64,000 nt of DNA, taken from the NCBI GenBank assembly GCA_964602055.1, contig CAZRPU010000003.1, positions 30,439 through 94,438 on the forward strand, given 5' to 3'. The notes under the pieces were generated by a model. The model saw nothing but the letters and a program-made list of their open reading frames with translations. It did not search any database and was not told where the DNA came from. Source of the DNA: an uncultured Ignavibacteriaceae bacterium. Lineage in GTDB: Bacteria > Bacteroidota > Ignavibacteria > UBA10030. Made by a program: the position numbers and the translations under genes. The first letter of the stretch is position 1; the number at the start of each line of letters is the position of its first letter. Positions 30,238 to 38,540 of the stretch are shown piece by piece.

Positions 30238-31311
30238 TTAGAAGCCAAACTTCACGGCGATGACTGAGTTCCCGTCAAAGAACTGGACCGTTCTGTAGGC
30301 AAAATCCACGGTCACATCGATGCCGCTTGTTGCATAACGGACACCGAGGCCAAACGACGGGCCGAAGATATTTTCATCTTCGCTCTTATCGGAATCAGCT
30401 CCGAGGAGCTTTGCCTGAGGAACGAAATTGGTGCCAACGCGGCCAAACAGGGTCAACGATTGGAGCCCATAGCTCAGCTCGCCGCCAATTCGGAATTCAT
30501 CCACGTACAGATTGTTGTTCGCAAAGGATCCACCAACTGTGTAATTGATATTCTCCCTGATACTCGACATATAAGAGAGCCCAATTTCGACAGTGGAGGG
30601 AAGTTCGAACGCAGCCGCGATCGTGCTATACTTCTGCTCGGGTCTGCGGCCTTCCGAGGAAGACGCGTCTCTGAGCAACCCGGAACCTTCGAACTGCATC
30701 TGGGGGCCGATGTTCTTCACCGCAACACCGATCTGCAGTCCATTGATGCCGGCAAGGCCCGAATATTGCACTCCGAAATCAAGCGCAAAACCCGATGAGT
30801 TGACGCGGTCGATCTGTTCCGACACCAGCTTGAGAGATCCACCGACAGAAATCGCATCCGTCAACGCGCGGCCGTAGGAAAGGCCGATTGTCACGTACGT
30901 CGGTGAGAAGATCCGGCCCGAACGGCCCTCGGGATCATCATCGGTGGTCAACGCAATGTCGCCGAAGCCGACGGACTTTACGCTGAAAGCGACCGTACCA
31001 AAATCACCGAACTGAGATCCAACAGCCCCGAAGGCGACATCAACGTCGCCAATCCAGGTAAGACTTGAGAACATTGCTTCTGTCGATGAGCGAAGCCTTC
31101 CAAGCCCGGCCGGATTCCAGTAGATCGATTCCAAGCCGGTGGAGTTTGAAATGGTGGAGCCACCCATGGCAAAATCGCGGGCTCCTGTGGGAATCAGGAG
31201 CTCTGTTGCCGCAGCGGTCCCAATGCGTTTGTTTTGCGCAACGGTCTGCGGAACCACCATGAGCACCACGCTCACAACAAGAGCAGCGGCGATCAGTTTT
31301 GTTTTCATCAT
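30238..31311 (-). CDS. porV: PorV/PorQ-family outer-membrane beta-barrel protein (T9SS-associated)
   Basis: 357 aa with a signal peptide. GTAAATELLIPTGARDFAMGGSTISNSTGLESIYWNPAGLG matches the PorV/LptO N-terminal pattern as I remember it. It has alternating beta-strand character and a C-terminal aromatic (..AVKFGF). SD AAGGAG. Confidence 0.72.
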   Translation of the reverse strand: MMKTKLIAAALVVSVVLMVVPQTVAQNKRIGTAAATELLIPTGARDFAMGGSTISNSTGLESIYWNPAGLGRLRSSTEAMFSSLTWIGDVDVAFGAVGSQFGDFGTVAFSVKSVGFGDIALTTDDDPEGRSGRIFSPTYVTIGLSYGRALTDAISVGGSLKLVSEQIDRVNSSGFALDFGVQYSGLAGINGLQIGVAVKNIGPQMQFEGSGLLRDASSSEGRRPEQKYSTIAAAFELPSTVEIGLSYMSSIRENINYTVGGSFANNNLYVDEFRIGGELSYGLQSLTLFGRVGTNFVPQAKLLGADSDKSEDENIFGPSFGLGVRYATSGIDVTVDFAYRTVQFFDGNSVIAVKFGF

Positions 31312-31344
31312 ATTTCTCCTTCAACCTTTGGTTGTGTGATCCCA

Positions 31345-31369
31345 GCGTGCGGCCACGTGTGCCGCACGC
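31345..31369 (-). other. GC-rich 9-bp hairpin in the cargo-porV intergenic spacer (no U-tract)
   Basis: GCGTGCGGC-(7 nt)-GCCGCACGC is a perfect palindromic stem. It lies 19 nt after the upstream stop and 33 nt before the porV ATG. Confidence 0.5.
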
Positions 31370-31388
31370 CGGTGGCAATCAGGGTCTT

Positions 31389-34300
31389 CTAGAAAACGTC
31401 GAGTACTTCCTGTTCCATGATGACAGCGACCTTAAGAACTTTGGAGGTTCCAAGCTCAGGCATATCAACGTGGACAATATAGATACCGCTCGCAACCGGG
31501 AAGTTGTACTGGTTCGTGAGATTCCAGCGCATGAACTGGCCCGGAGTCTGAACGGGATCCTTCACCAACGTTTTCACCAGTTGCCCCGCCAGATTGAAGA
31601 TTCTGATGGTCGCACGATCTGGCAAGAAATTAAATGTTACGAACCGGTTAAATCTATTCGTTTCTGCAGGATTGAATCCATAATAAGGATTCGGGAACAC
31701 GCCCACCTTCTGAACATCGGCCTTCGCTGTAGCGGTGTTGAAGGCGACAGGCGCCGGAGCCGTGAACGAGAAGGTCTCTGTGGCCGGAACTGAAGGATTG
31801 GAAATCTTCACACGCGTGACATCTCCCGTCCGCCACTTGGGCCTGTCAGCCGAGGTAACCCCAGGTGCGAATATCCATGTCCCTTTGGGATTATCCCGCG
31901 GAACGGCCGTAACACCGGCAGCAGTCGCATCCGCGGTGTAAGGTGTTGAAACTGCTCCGATATACGCCCGACCGTTTCCAGCCAATCGGATGTATAAGGG
32001 TGTTCCGCCGCTACCCCATGGAGAGGCTCCGTCAGCATTTCGATCGCGGACCACTGCGTTAATCTGCCTGTTCCGCCCCGTCCCTGCGTCGACCTCCCAG
32101 AGTTCGAAAGGCACTCTCAAACGAATAATCGTCGCCGCATTCGAACTGGTTACGGTTGCTATCGACCCTCCGGAAACAATCACGGTGTCTTCCGCGAATG
32201 TCCCGTTTGGTCGTGTTGCACGAACACCCGTGAACCTGAATTCGAGGTCGGTCACAAGATCCGTCTGAGTCGTCGTATTCGTCGTTTGCGGCAAGAGAGA
32301 CGAATAAGAGTAGCCGAAACCGCTATAGGACAACAGACCGTCACCGACATTGGCCGGGTCTTGTGCGAGTGAATAGTCTGCCGGATTGCTCCAGACGGGC
32401 TGCCCAATCTTCGCCTGTAGACCATCGAAGATGGGGTACGTTTCGTCCTGACTGTAGTTCTGCTGGAATGTAAACAGCGTTGTCGATCCTCTGTTGATAT
32501 AGTATGGGTAGTTCGTCACATCCATCTGAGCCTGGACCGTGTCAACGCTTGTAATAATCGTCGCATACACATTTCCCGCTGTCAGAGCCTGCACAAGGGC
32601 AGCGGTCAGCGGTTGAGTGCCATCAGTGGTAGTCCACTTTCCGCTGGCATGGGCATTACCGAGCGTAACCGTGTAGCCGATATTCTTGAAGGCACCGGCC
32701 GTCCCGGTTGTATCGAAGTAGATTCCTGTAATCGGGCCAGCAAGGTTTGAAATGTTGTTCACTGTGATGTCGTATGACAGCGCGGTTGCTGCTGCATTCA
32801 AGGTGCCATCAATAGTGAAGTTCCAAGTGGCCGGACTGTTAACGGGATCTTCTGTGAACCCATGAAACCTGTCTGGTTGACCGGACCAACCAATCGTATA
32901 GGATTGACCCGTGACTTGAGAGGGATCGACTACTGCTACCTCTATGGGTACATCACCAATTCCATTCGTATGGCTAATCGTCAGCCCGCTACCCGACTTT
33001 GTGGAATATACGACTCCGGGTTGCGGAGACTGCGGACGAAGAGCGAAGATTGTCGGTGAAGACTCCAAAGTGGCCGGCAGATATCCCGTTGTAGTGCGGG
33101 AATAAGCCGTAACTGCGTAGTAGTATTCCTGCCCGTTATAGAGCCTGTCGATATCCCTCACATAATCTCGTTTGAGAGAGACATATCGTTTCAGGCCCGA
33201 GTTCGACCCAAACTGCACGGGCTTGAAAAGAATGACCCCTGATTGGTCGGCCTGTTCGTCTGTGATAACCGCAGGGTCCGTCGGAAGGTCGAATGTCGCT
33301 ATACGCACCCAATCAGAAATCGGTGAGCCAGCGCTGGGGAGTTGGTAAACATTGTACCCCTCAAATACATAAGCACCGGGGTTGCTGACCGTCGTTTCGG
33401 TCTGTTGAACCCGATTGACATTGGAGCCCCATTCCAGAACGATTTCCCCGTCAAGTTCGGAATACTTCACCGCGGGACTTGCGGGGGACTGTGGCACAAC
33501 GAATAGGTCGTTGAACGTGTTTTGCACGAACCGGTCGTTGAAGCGCATGACCGCGACGCTCGAGATTCTATCCGCGCCTATGCCAGCTACGACGCCCATG
33601 ACAACTTCCTGCGTGTCACCAGGCACCATCGAGAAAGGTCCCGAGGTCATGATCAGTCGACGATCACCGGGTATAAAGGACCATGCAGTTCCCTGGCCGT
33701 CAAGATGTCCAGTCCCGGCAACAGGGTCACCGGAAAGACTGAACCGCGTGTTAGGCATTCCCGGGGGCAAAGGATACAGGACGTCTGGCCCGTCAAGGGG
33801 AACAAATCCACGAAACATCTTCCACCAGCGGAGTGTGCCGGTAGCGTACGGAGATGGCGGATCAGAGTATGCCGCGCTTGCCGCGAACCATGTGAACGCG
33901 GACATCGGAAGATTCTTGTAGCCGTAAATCTTCTTGAGGCCAAAAACTCCTGAGTCGCCAGGAGCTACAACAAGCGGCCCCTGGAGGAAGTCATACCCCG
34001 CCGAGGGAGGAGCGAGACTTACTTTTTGATATTCATTATCGACGGGATAGCCGTTGTAGATGAAACCAAGACTCAATGTGGAATCAGATCCAATAACGTC
34101 ATCACCTGCATTACCAAGGTCGGGGTCGGACCATTGTGCAACGTACATGCTGTCGATGTAAAACGTTCCTTTGGTCCCTGCACCATCCACATCGACACCG
34201 CCCTTATTGATGAACTTGTAGCGCTTGAAGTAGAGATTTCCAAGGGCATCGGTTCTCTTGTACCCCCATGTAGTAGCCTGTATTTCCAAACCAATAGGCT

Positions 34301-35147
34301 CTGACCCATTCAAAGCGACCGTTGTTGCGCGTGCAAGGTCATTGAACACGCACCAGAGCACTTGATCTGCCGGTGAATTGGGATCCGCTCCGGCGACGCC
34401 TGGCTCATCTCTCCCCTGTGTAATAAGGCTGTCGTGTGTGAACAATGTCCCTACGGCCGGATCATAATTGAACGCCGGCGGTGGATCGTACACCCCGTTG
34501 CCATTACGATCGATAAACGGGGCACCTCTGGGAACCACGAGGGCCCAATCCTTCCAGTCTTTGTCATAAAAGTCCAGCACCTGGGCCAATTCACTCGCTG
34601 TAACTTCGGCTACGGGTTTTTCGAACGACTCCGCGGCGTCGCGAATCAGCTCTGATTCCGGGATCACTTTGTAGTCTCTTCTAATTCGAAACGTACGAGT
34701 GAGAACATCATTTTGGTCTTGTCCTGTTCCTGAGGTACCACTCCCATTGATCCATCCATTCACCGTACCTGAACGGTAGTGGGATCCACCCATACGGATC
34801 GTTTGCGAAAAAGGACCCGGGATGGTTTTGGCTGCATCACGGAACACCTTGCCGCCCCAAACGAGGCCGTCTTCGTAGATGAGCCACTTCGTTCCTCGGG
34901 GATAATACATACCATTATCTCCGTCGGGAGAGTGATTGGAGAGTCCATCGTTCTTCATCCACGTGCTGAGGTTATTGATATTCAGCACCTTGTACTTCTC
35001 CTCATTTGAAAGCGCGCTTGTCTTCGAAAGCTGCTGCTTTCCCTTTTTGTCTCCACCCTCTCCTTCGCCGGCAATCGTCGCGACAGAGAAAATCGCTGTC
35101 AGACCAAGGGAGAGTATGATGAAACGCATCAATCTGTTAGTTGGCAT
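31389..35147 (-). CDS. large (~1252 aa) secreted protein with T9SS-type C-terminal sorting domain; function unknown
   Basis: ATG 35147 (MPTNRLMRFIILSLGLTAIFSVATIAG) is preceded by GAAGGAG. The C-terminal ~100 aa VGVFPNPYYGF...ATIRIFNLAGQLVKTLV...WNLTNQYNFPVASGIYIVHVDM...SKVLKVAVI resemble Por_Secre_tail / FlgD-Ig-like sorting domains. I recognised no catalytic motif. Confidence 0.7.
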   Translation of the reverse strand: MPTNRLMRFIILSLGLTAIFSVATIAGEGEGGDKKGKQQLSKTSALSNEEKYKVLNINNLSTWMKNDGLSNHSPDGDNGMYYPRGTKWLIYEDGLVWGGKVFRDAAKTIPGPFSQTIRMGGSHYRSGTVNGWINGSGTSGTGQDQNDVLTRTFRIRRDYKVIPESELIRDAAESFEKPVAEVTASELAQVLDFYDKDWKDWALVVPRGAPFIDRNGNGVYDPPPAFNYDPAVGTLFTHDSLITQGRDEPGVAGADPNSPADQVLWCVFNDLARATTVALNGSEPIGLEIQATTWGYKRTDALGNLYFKRYKFINKGGVDVDGAGTKGTFYIDSMYVAQWSDPDLGNAGDDVIGSDSTLSLGFIYNGYPVDNEYQKVSLAPPSAGYDFLQGPLVVAPGDSGVFGLKKIYGYKNLPMSAFTWFAASAAYSDPPSPYATGTLRWWKMFRGFVPLDGPDVLYPLPPGMPNTRFSLSGDPVAGTGHLDGQGTAWSFIPGDRRLIMTSGPFSMVPGDTQEVVMGVVAGIGADRISSVAVMRFNDRFVQNTFNDLFVVPQSPASPAVKYSELDGEIVLEWGSNVNRVQQTETTVSNPGAYVFEGYNVYQLPSAGSPISDWVRIATFDLPTDPAVITDEQADQSGVILFKPVQFGSNSGLKRYVSLKRDYVRDIDRLYNGQEYYYAVTAYSRTTTGYLPATLESSPTIFALRPQSPQPGVVYSTKSGSGLTISHTNGIGDVPIEVAVVDPSQVTGQSYTIGWSGQPDRFHGFTEDPVNSPATWNFTIDGTLNAAATALSYDITVNNISNLAGPITGIYFDTTGTAGAFKNIGYTVTLGNAHASGKWTTTDGTQPLTAALVQALTAGNVYATIITSVDTVQAQMDVTNYPYYINRGSTTLFTFQQNYSQDETYPIFDGLQAKIGQPVWSNPADYSLAQDPANVGDGLLSYSGFGYSYSSLLPQTTNTTTQTDLVTDLEFRFTGVRATRPNGTFAEDTVIVSGGSIATVTSSNAATIIRLRVPFELWEVDAGTGRNRQINAVVRDRNADGASPWGSGGTPLYIRLAGNGRAYIGAVSTPYTADATAAGVTAVPRDNPKGTWIFAPGVTSADRPKWRTGDVTRVKISNPSVPATETFSFTAPAPVAFNTATAKADVQKVGVFPNPYYGFNPAETNRFNRFVTFNFLPDRATIRIFNLAGQLVKTLVKDPVQTPGQFMRWNLTNQYNFPVASGIYIVHVDMPELGTSKVLKVAVIMEQEVLDVF

Positions 35148-35215
35148 ACCAAACTCCTTCATTTGATCTTATGCTTGATGCTCGGAGGTTCTCTTCAAAT
35201 CTGCCGAGCGTACGC

Positions 35216-38200
35216 TTAGTACTCAATCCGGATTCCAGCGCGAATCTGTCGTGGTGTACCATACACGTCGACGCCCGCCTGATTATACATGGCCCAGCGG
35301 TTGTCAAGGTTAATGGCCCTGTAGAAAGGCGCATACAACGGGTCGCCTGCAATCATGGTGCTCGCAGCAGGATTTCTCAACCATCCATCATCCTGGGCGG
35401 TACCAGTCGTCGGATACACGTTGATAATGTGCTTCGTATTCAGAAGATTCAGCACGTTGACGTACGCTTCCACCGTAAACCCAGGAAGCTGATAGAAGAC
35501 CTTGTTGAACACGAGGTCAATGTTGAACACCCAGGGAGTGGTGGAGTTGTTAATCGGTTCAATCGGGAACCTGTTCCGCACATCGCCCAACATGCGAACA
35601 CCGATGTTCCATGGGGTCGTTTGACCACTGTAGTTCTTGTCGGACAACTTCGTATAGGGATGTCCGCTGTTGAACGTCAAGAGGAGGTTTAGTCCCATAC
35701 CTTCGAGCACCGGACCTCCATCTCCTTTCGCAAAGCGGTAGTCAATCATCACTGTGCCGCGATGCGCCTGGTTCTGGTCAAGAATGCTTGTGAAATTCGG
35801 ATAGCGTGCGAGAGCATCGCTCACGACAACCCGGGAAGAATTGATCGAAGATCCGGTTCCGCGGGCATCTGAAAGAGTGTAGTTCACTTTCGCGGCCAGC
35901 CTTTCAGTTCTTCGAACTTCAAGAGTCAGCTCGAGACCTTTTGTCGTTCCAAAGTCGTCATTTACCCACCCGGCGAACAGCAAGCTGCCTGACGAAGAGT
36001 AAATACGGCCCTGGAGGAGCTGGTCGCGCAGGTCATTGTAGAATCCGGTGACGGTCAAAGCGAAGTTATCCGCCATCAATTGCCGGATACCGACCTCATA
36101 TTTTGTCGTCCTTTCCGGGCTTGCCGTGAATCCTGCGAACTGGCCAAAATACCCATACGGTGATCGCGTGTCAAGCCCTGTCACGTTGCTCAGGTTCACC
36201 GAGCTTGTATAGACCTGGTTCAGAGACACCGGTTGAATATATTTGCCGTATTGAGCAAAGAACACCGTTCTGTCTGTCACAGGGAACGAGAAGTTGATCC
36301 TGGGCAAAAGGTACGCAAACGGTTCCCGCTCGACGAGGGTTGATTCATCGAGAAGGTCAAGGTTCGCATTGTAGTTCGTTGGATTCTCGAGGTTATCCGG
36401 CATCTTCGCTTTCGTATCGATGTACTCGTAGCGGAGACCAAAGTTCAGGATGAGGTCTTTGAACTCGAACTTATTCTGGACATAGGCCGATGCGGAAAGA
36501 GGCTTGAAAGGAGCATCAGGCCCATCGTCCACTTGCTTTCCATCAACATCATAACCGAAGAAACTCATTCCGCCGCGACGATGCAGGTTCACACGACGGT
36601 CGAGCTTGATGCTGTCGATCTGGGCCGCTGTGAGGCCTGGAGCGCTCAGATTATAGCGAGGGGTTTTTCCATCGATTCCGTTCTCATACTCAAGATACGA
36701 ACGGATATTCCCCACGGACCAGTTTCTCATGGTCCAGGTATCAAGCGTACCACCAACTCTGAGCTCCCAGTTTGCATTTACCTGGGATGTAAAATCGACG
36801 GTTGCTCCGATTCCAAATTGCTTGTTCTTGCTGTAGCTGTTGATAGGCTCATTGGGGTCGGCAATCGAGAAGCTGTTAATGACAAGATATCTCGATGGAC
36901 CTTGGTACTTGGCTTCCCATCCTCTGCCTTGGTTCGAGGAACTGTCTACATATGCCTTCCAATTGCTTTTGAACTCTTCGTCATATGCGACGAACTTTCT
37001 CTGTTGAGCAGAGATTCCGACTTCGTAGTAAGTCGTTGGATTCAGGATGTGCGTGAGACGGGCATTGACGAATCCAATCTCGGTCTTACGCTGCTGATTC
37101 TTCCCTTGGTTAAAGTAGAAGGTCAGAGCATTCGGCCATTCACCGCCCAAAGGAGCATACGACAAAGAGTAGCTCCCCGACAATGCGATCTTAAAGGGAT
37201 TAAAATCAGCAGTCGCTTTCCCCTGGAAGTCAAGGTTGTCAGTATAATTGTTGTAGAGATAGTTCTCCTGGAACTCAATGGGGCCCGGGAGCGGTGTGCC
37301 GGCTGCTTTGGCACCGTTATCCAGGTTGGTCACAAGGTTCTCAAACTTGAAGGGGGTGATCCAGATATTCTGGTCGTTCCGCCGGAACTCCGATTTTCCA
37401 GCAACGAAAAACCGGATCTGCGAAAATGAAGGAACCGGACCACTTATGGTACCGACGATATTGCGGAATCCCGATGAGGAGGTGCCCAGGAATTTCTTCC
37501 CCGGACTTGCAAAGTCGTCGGAGCTGATATCCAACGACGCTTTGTAGGTTGTGCCTCCGGAGCGCATCGTGGACCTTAAGAGTCCTCCGCCTGCTCCACC
37601 GAGCTCTGCGGTGTATCCGCCGGTCTGGAGCTGAACCTCTTCAAGGGCCTCTTGGATCAAGGAGACGTTCTCGCTGTTGAAATACGGGTTCGTTGCGTTC
37701 GCACCATCGACGAAGAAGCCGATGTTGTTCGAGCGGCTTCCGCGAACATACAACACACCATTCTGTTGAACAACTCCCGCTTCCAACGCGACGATGTTCT
37801 GAATACCTCGATACGGGATGTAGCGAATTTCTTCCTGCGTATTCACACGAACGGTGTTCGTCGTATTCCTCTGAATGAGGGGACGTTGAGCAACGACCTC
37901 CACGGCTTCAACCTGGATTGCAGTGCTCGAGAGAGCAAAGTCCTGCGTCGTTGTGATGTTCGATGAAACGCGGATGTTGGAAATCGTGTAAGGAGAGTAT
38001 CCTATGTACGACCCCTTCACGGTGTAGATTCCGGGAGGAACACCGAGGATGATATATTCACCGTTGAGGTCGGTTGACGCGCCAAGGCTCGTCCCTTCGA
38101 TGGTGACGTTGGCGCCTATGAGAGGTTCACCGGACTCCTTGTCCGTTACTCTTCCACGGAGTTTCCCATCCTGTGCCAGCAACAGCACTGGGAGAAGGAA

Positions 38201-38236
38201 AAGGGCGGTGAAAGCCACGAGTAGCTTGCGAAGCAT
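35216..38236 (-). CDS. TonB-dependent receptor with N-terminal carboxypeptidase-regulatory-like domain
   Basis: 1006 aa with a signal peptide. GKLRGRVTDKESGEPLIGANVTIEGTSLGASTDLNGEYIILGVPPGIYTV is a CarboxypepD_reg domain. It also has a plug-like LYVRGSRSNNIGFFVDGA and the C-terminal ...RAGIRIEY. A perfect SD GAAGGAGGT lies before ATG 38236. Confidence 0.85.
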   Translation of the reverse strand: MLRKLLVAFTALFLLPVLLLAQDGKLRGRVTDKESGEPLIGANVTIEGTSLGASTDLNGEYIILGVPPGIYTVKGSYIGYSPYTISNIRVSSNITTTQDFALSSTAIQVEAVEVVAQRPLIQRNTTNTVRVNTQEEIRYIPYRGIQNIVALEAGVVQQNGVLYVRGSRSNNIGFFVDGANATNPYFNSENVSLIQEALEEVQLQTGGYTAELGGAGGGLLRSTMRSGGTTYKASLDISSDDFASPGKKFLGTSSSGFRNIVGTISGPVPSFSQIRFFVAGKSEFRRNDQNIWITPFKFENLVTNLDNGAKAAGTPLPGPIEFQENYLYNNYTDNLDFQGKATADFNPFKIALSGSYSLSYAPLGGEWPNALTFYFNQGKNQQRKTEIGFVNARLTHILNPTTYYEVGISAQQRKFVAYDEEFKSNWKAYVDSSSNQGRGWEAKYQGPSRYLVINSFSIADPNEPINSYSKNKQFGIGATVDFTSQVNANWELRVGGTLDTWTMRNWSVGNIRSYLEYENGIDGKTPRYNLSAPGLTAAQIDSIKLDRRVNLHRRGGMSFFGYDVDGKQVDDGPDAPFKPLSASAYVQNKFEFKDLILNFGLRYEYIDTKAKMPDNLENPTNYNANLDLLDESTLVEREPFAYLLPRINFSFPVTDRTVFFAQYGKYIQPVSLNQVYTSSVNLSNVTGLDTRSPYGYFGQFAGFTASPERTTKYEVGIRQLMADNFALTVTGFYNDLRDQLLQGRIYSSSGSLLFAGWVNDDFGTTKGLELTLEVRRTERLAAKVNYTLSDARGTGSSINSSRVVVSDALARYPNFTSILDQNQAHRGTVMIDYRFAKGDGGPVLEGMGLNLLLTFNSGHPYTKLSDKNYSGQTTPWNIGVRMLGDVRNRFPIEPINNSTTPWVFNIDLVFNKVFYQLPGFTVEAYVNVLNLLNTKHIINVYPTTGTAQDDGWLRNPAASTMIAGDPLYAPFYRAINLDNRWAMYNQAGVDVYGTPRQIRAGIRIEY

Positions 38237-38447
38237 ATTCTACCTCCTTCATGATGTAGAATGTGTTTTGAATTGACTGCGGGACTGTTTACTACGGAAA
38301 CGCCGTTAAGCTAGTTGTTTCGGCGGATGAATCTGCAGGAAAGTGTTACAAGGGTTTGCGCTAGGCATCCTCTGTCAAGAGACACTTGCGCGAAATCACC
38401 TCCTTCTTGCAAAGCGTTGATTTATTGAGACTTATAATTCGTGGGAA

Positions 38448-38476
38448 AATATAGGACATGCCCCCCCATTTGTCAA
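38448..38476 (-). promoter_or_regulatory. consensus sigma70-type promoter (TTGACA-17 nt-TATATT) for the TBDR/cargo/porV unit
   Basis: Minus-strand read TTGACA AATGGGGGGGCATGTCC TATATT. It implies a 5' leader of about 205 nt before ATG 38236. Confidence 0.6.
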
Positions 38477-38540
38477 GTCTTTTTTTACGAAATAACTTCA
38501 AATTCGAAGCCAATTCATCACATTCCTTAGTGACGAATGA

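Noticed and set aside
38237-38447. A leader peptide ORF behind the internal AAGGAGGTGA in the TBDR leader.
   Set aside because: The only start candidates are a GTG overlapping the SD itself (no spacing) and weak TTGs. The resulting frames stop after about 12 codons with no notable composition.
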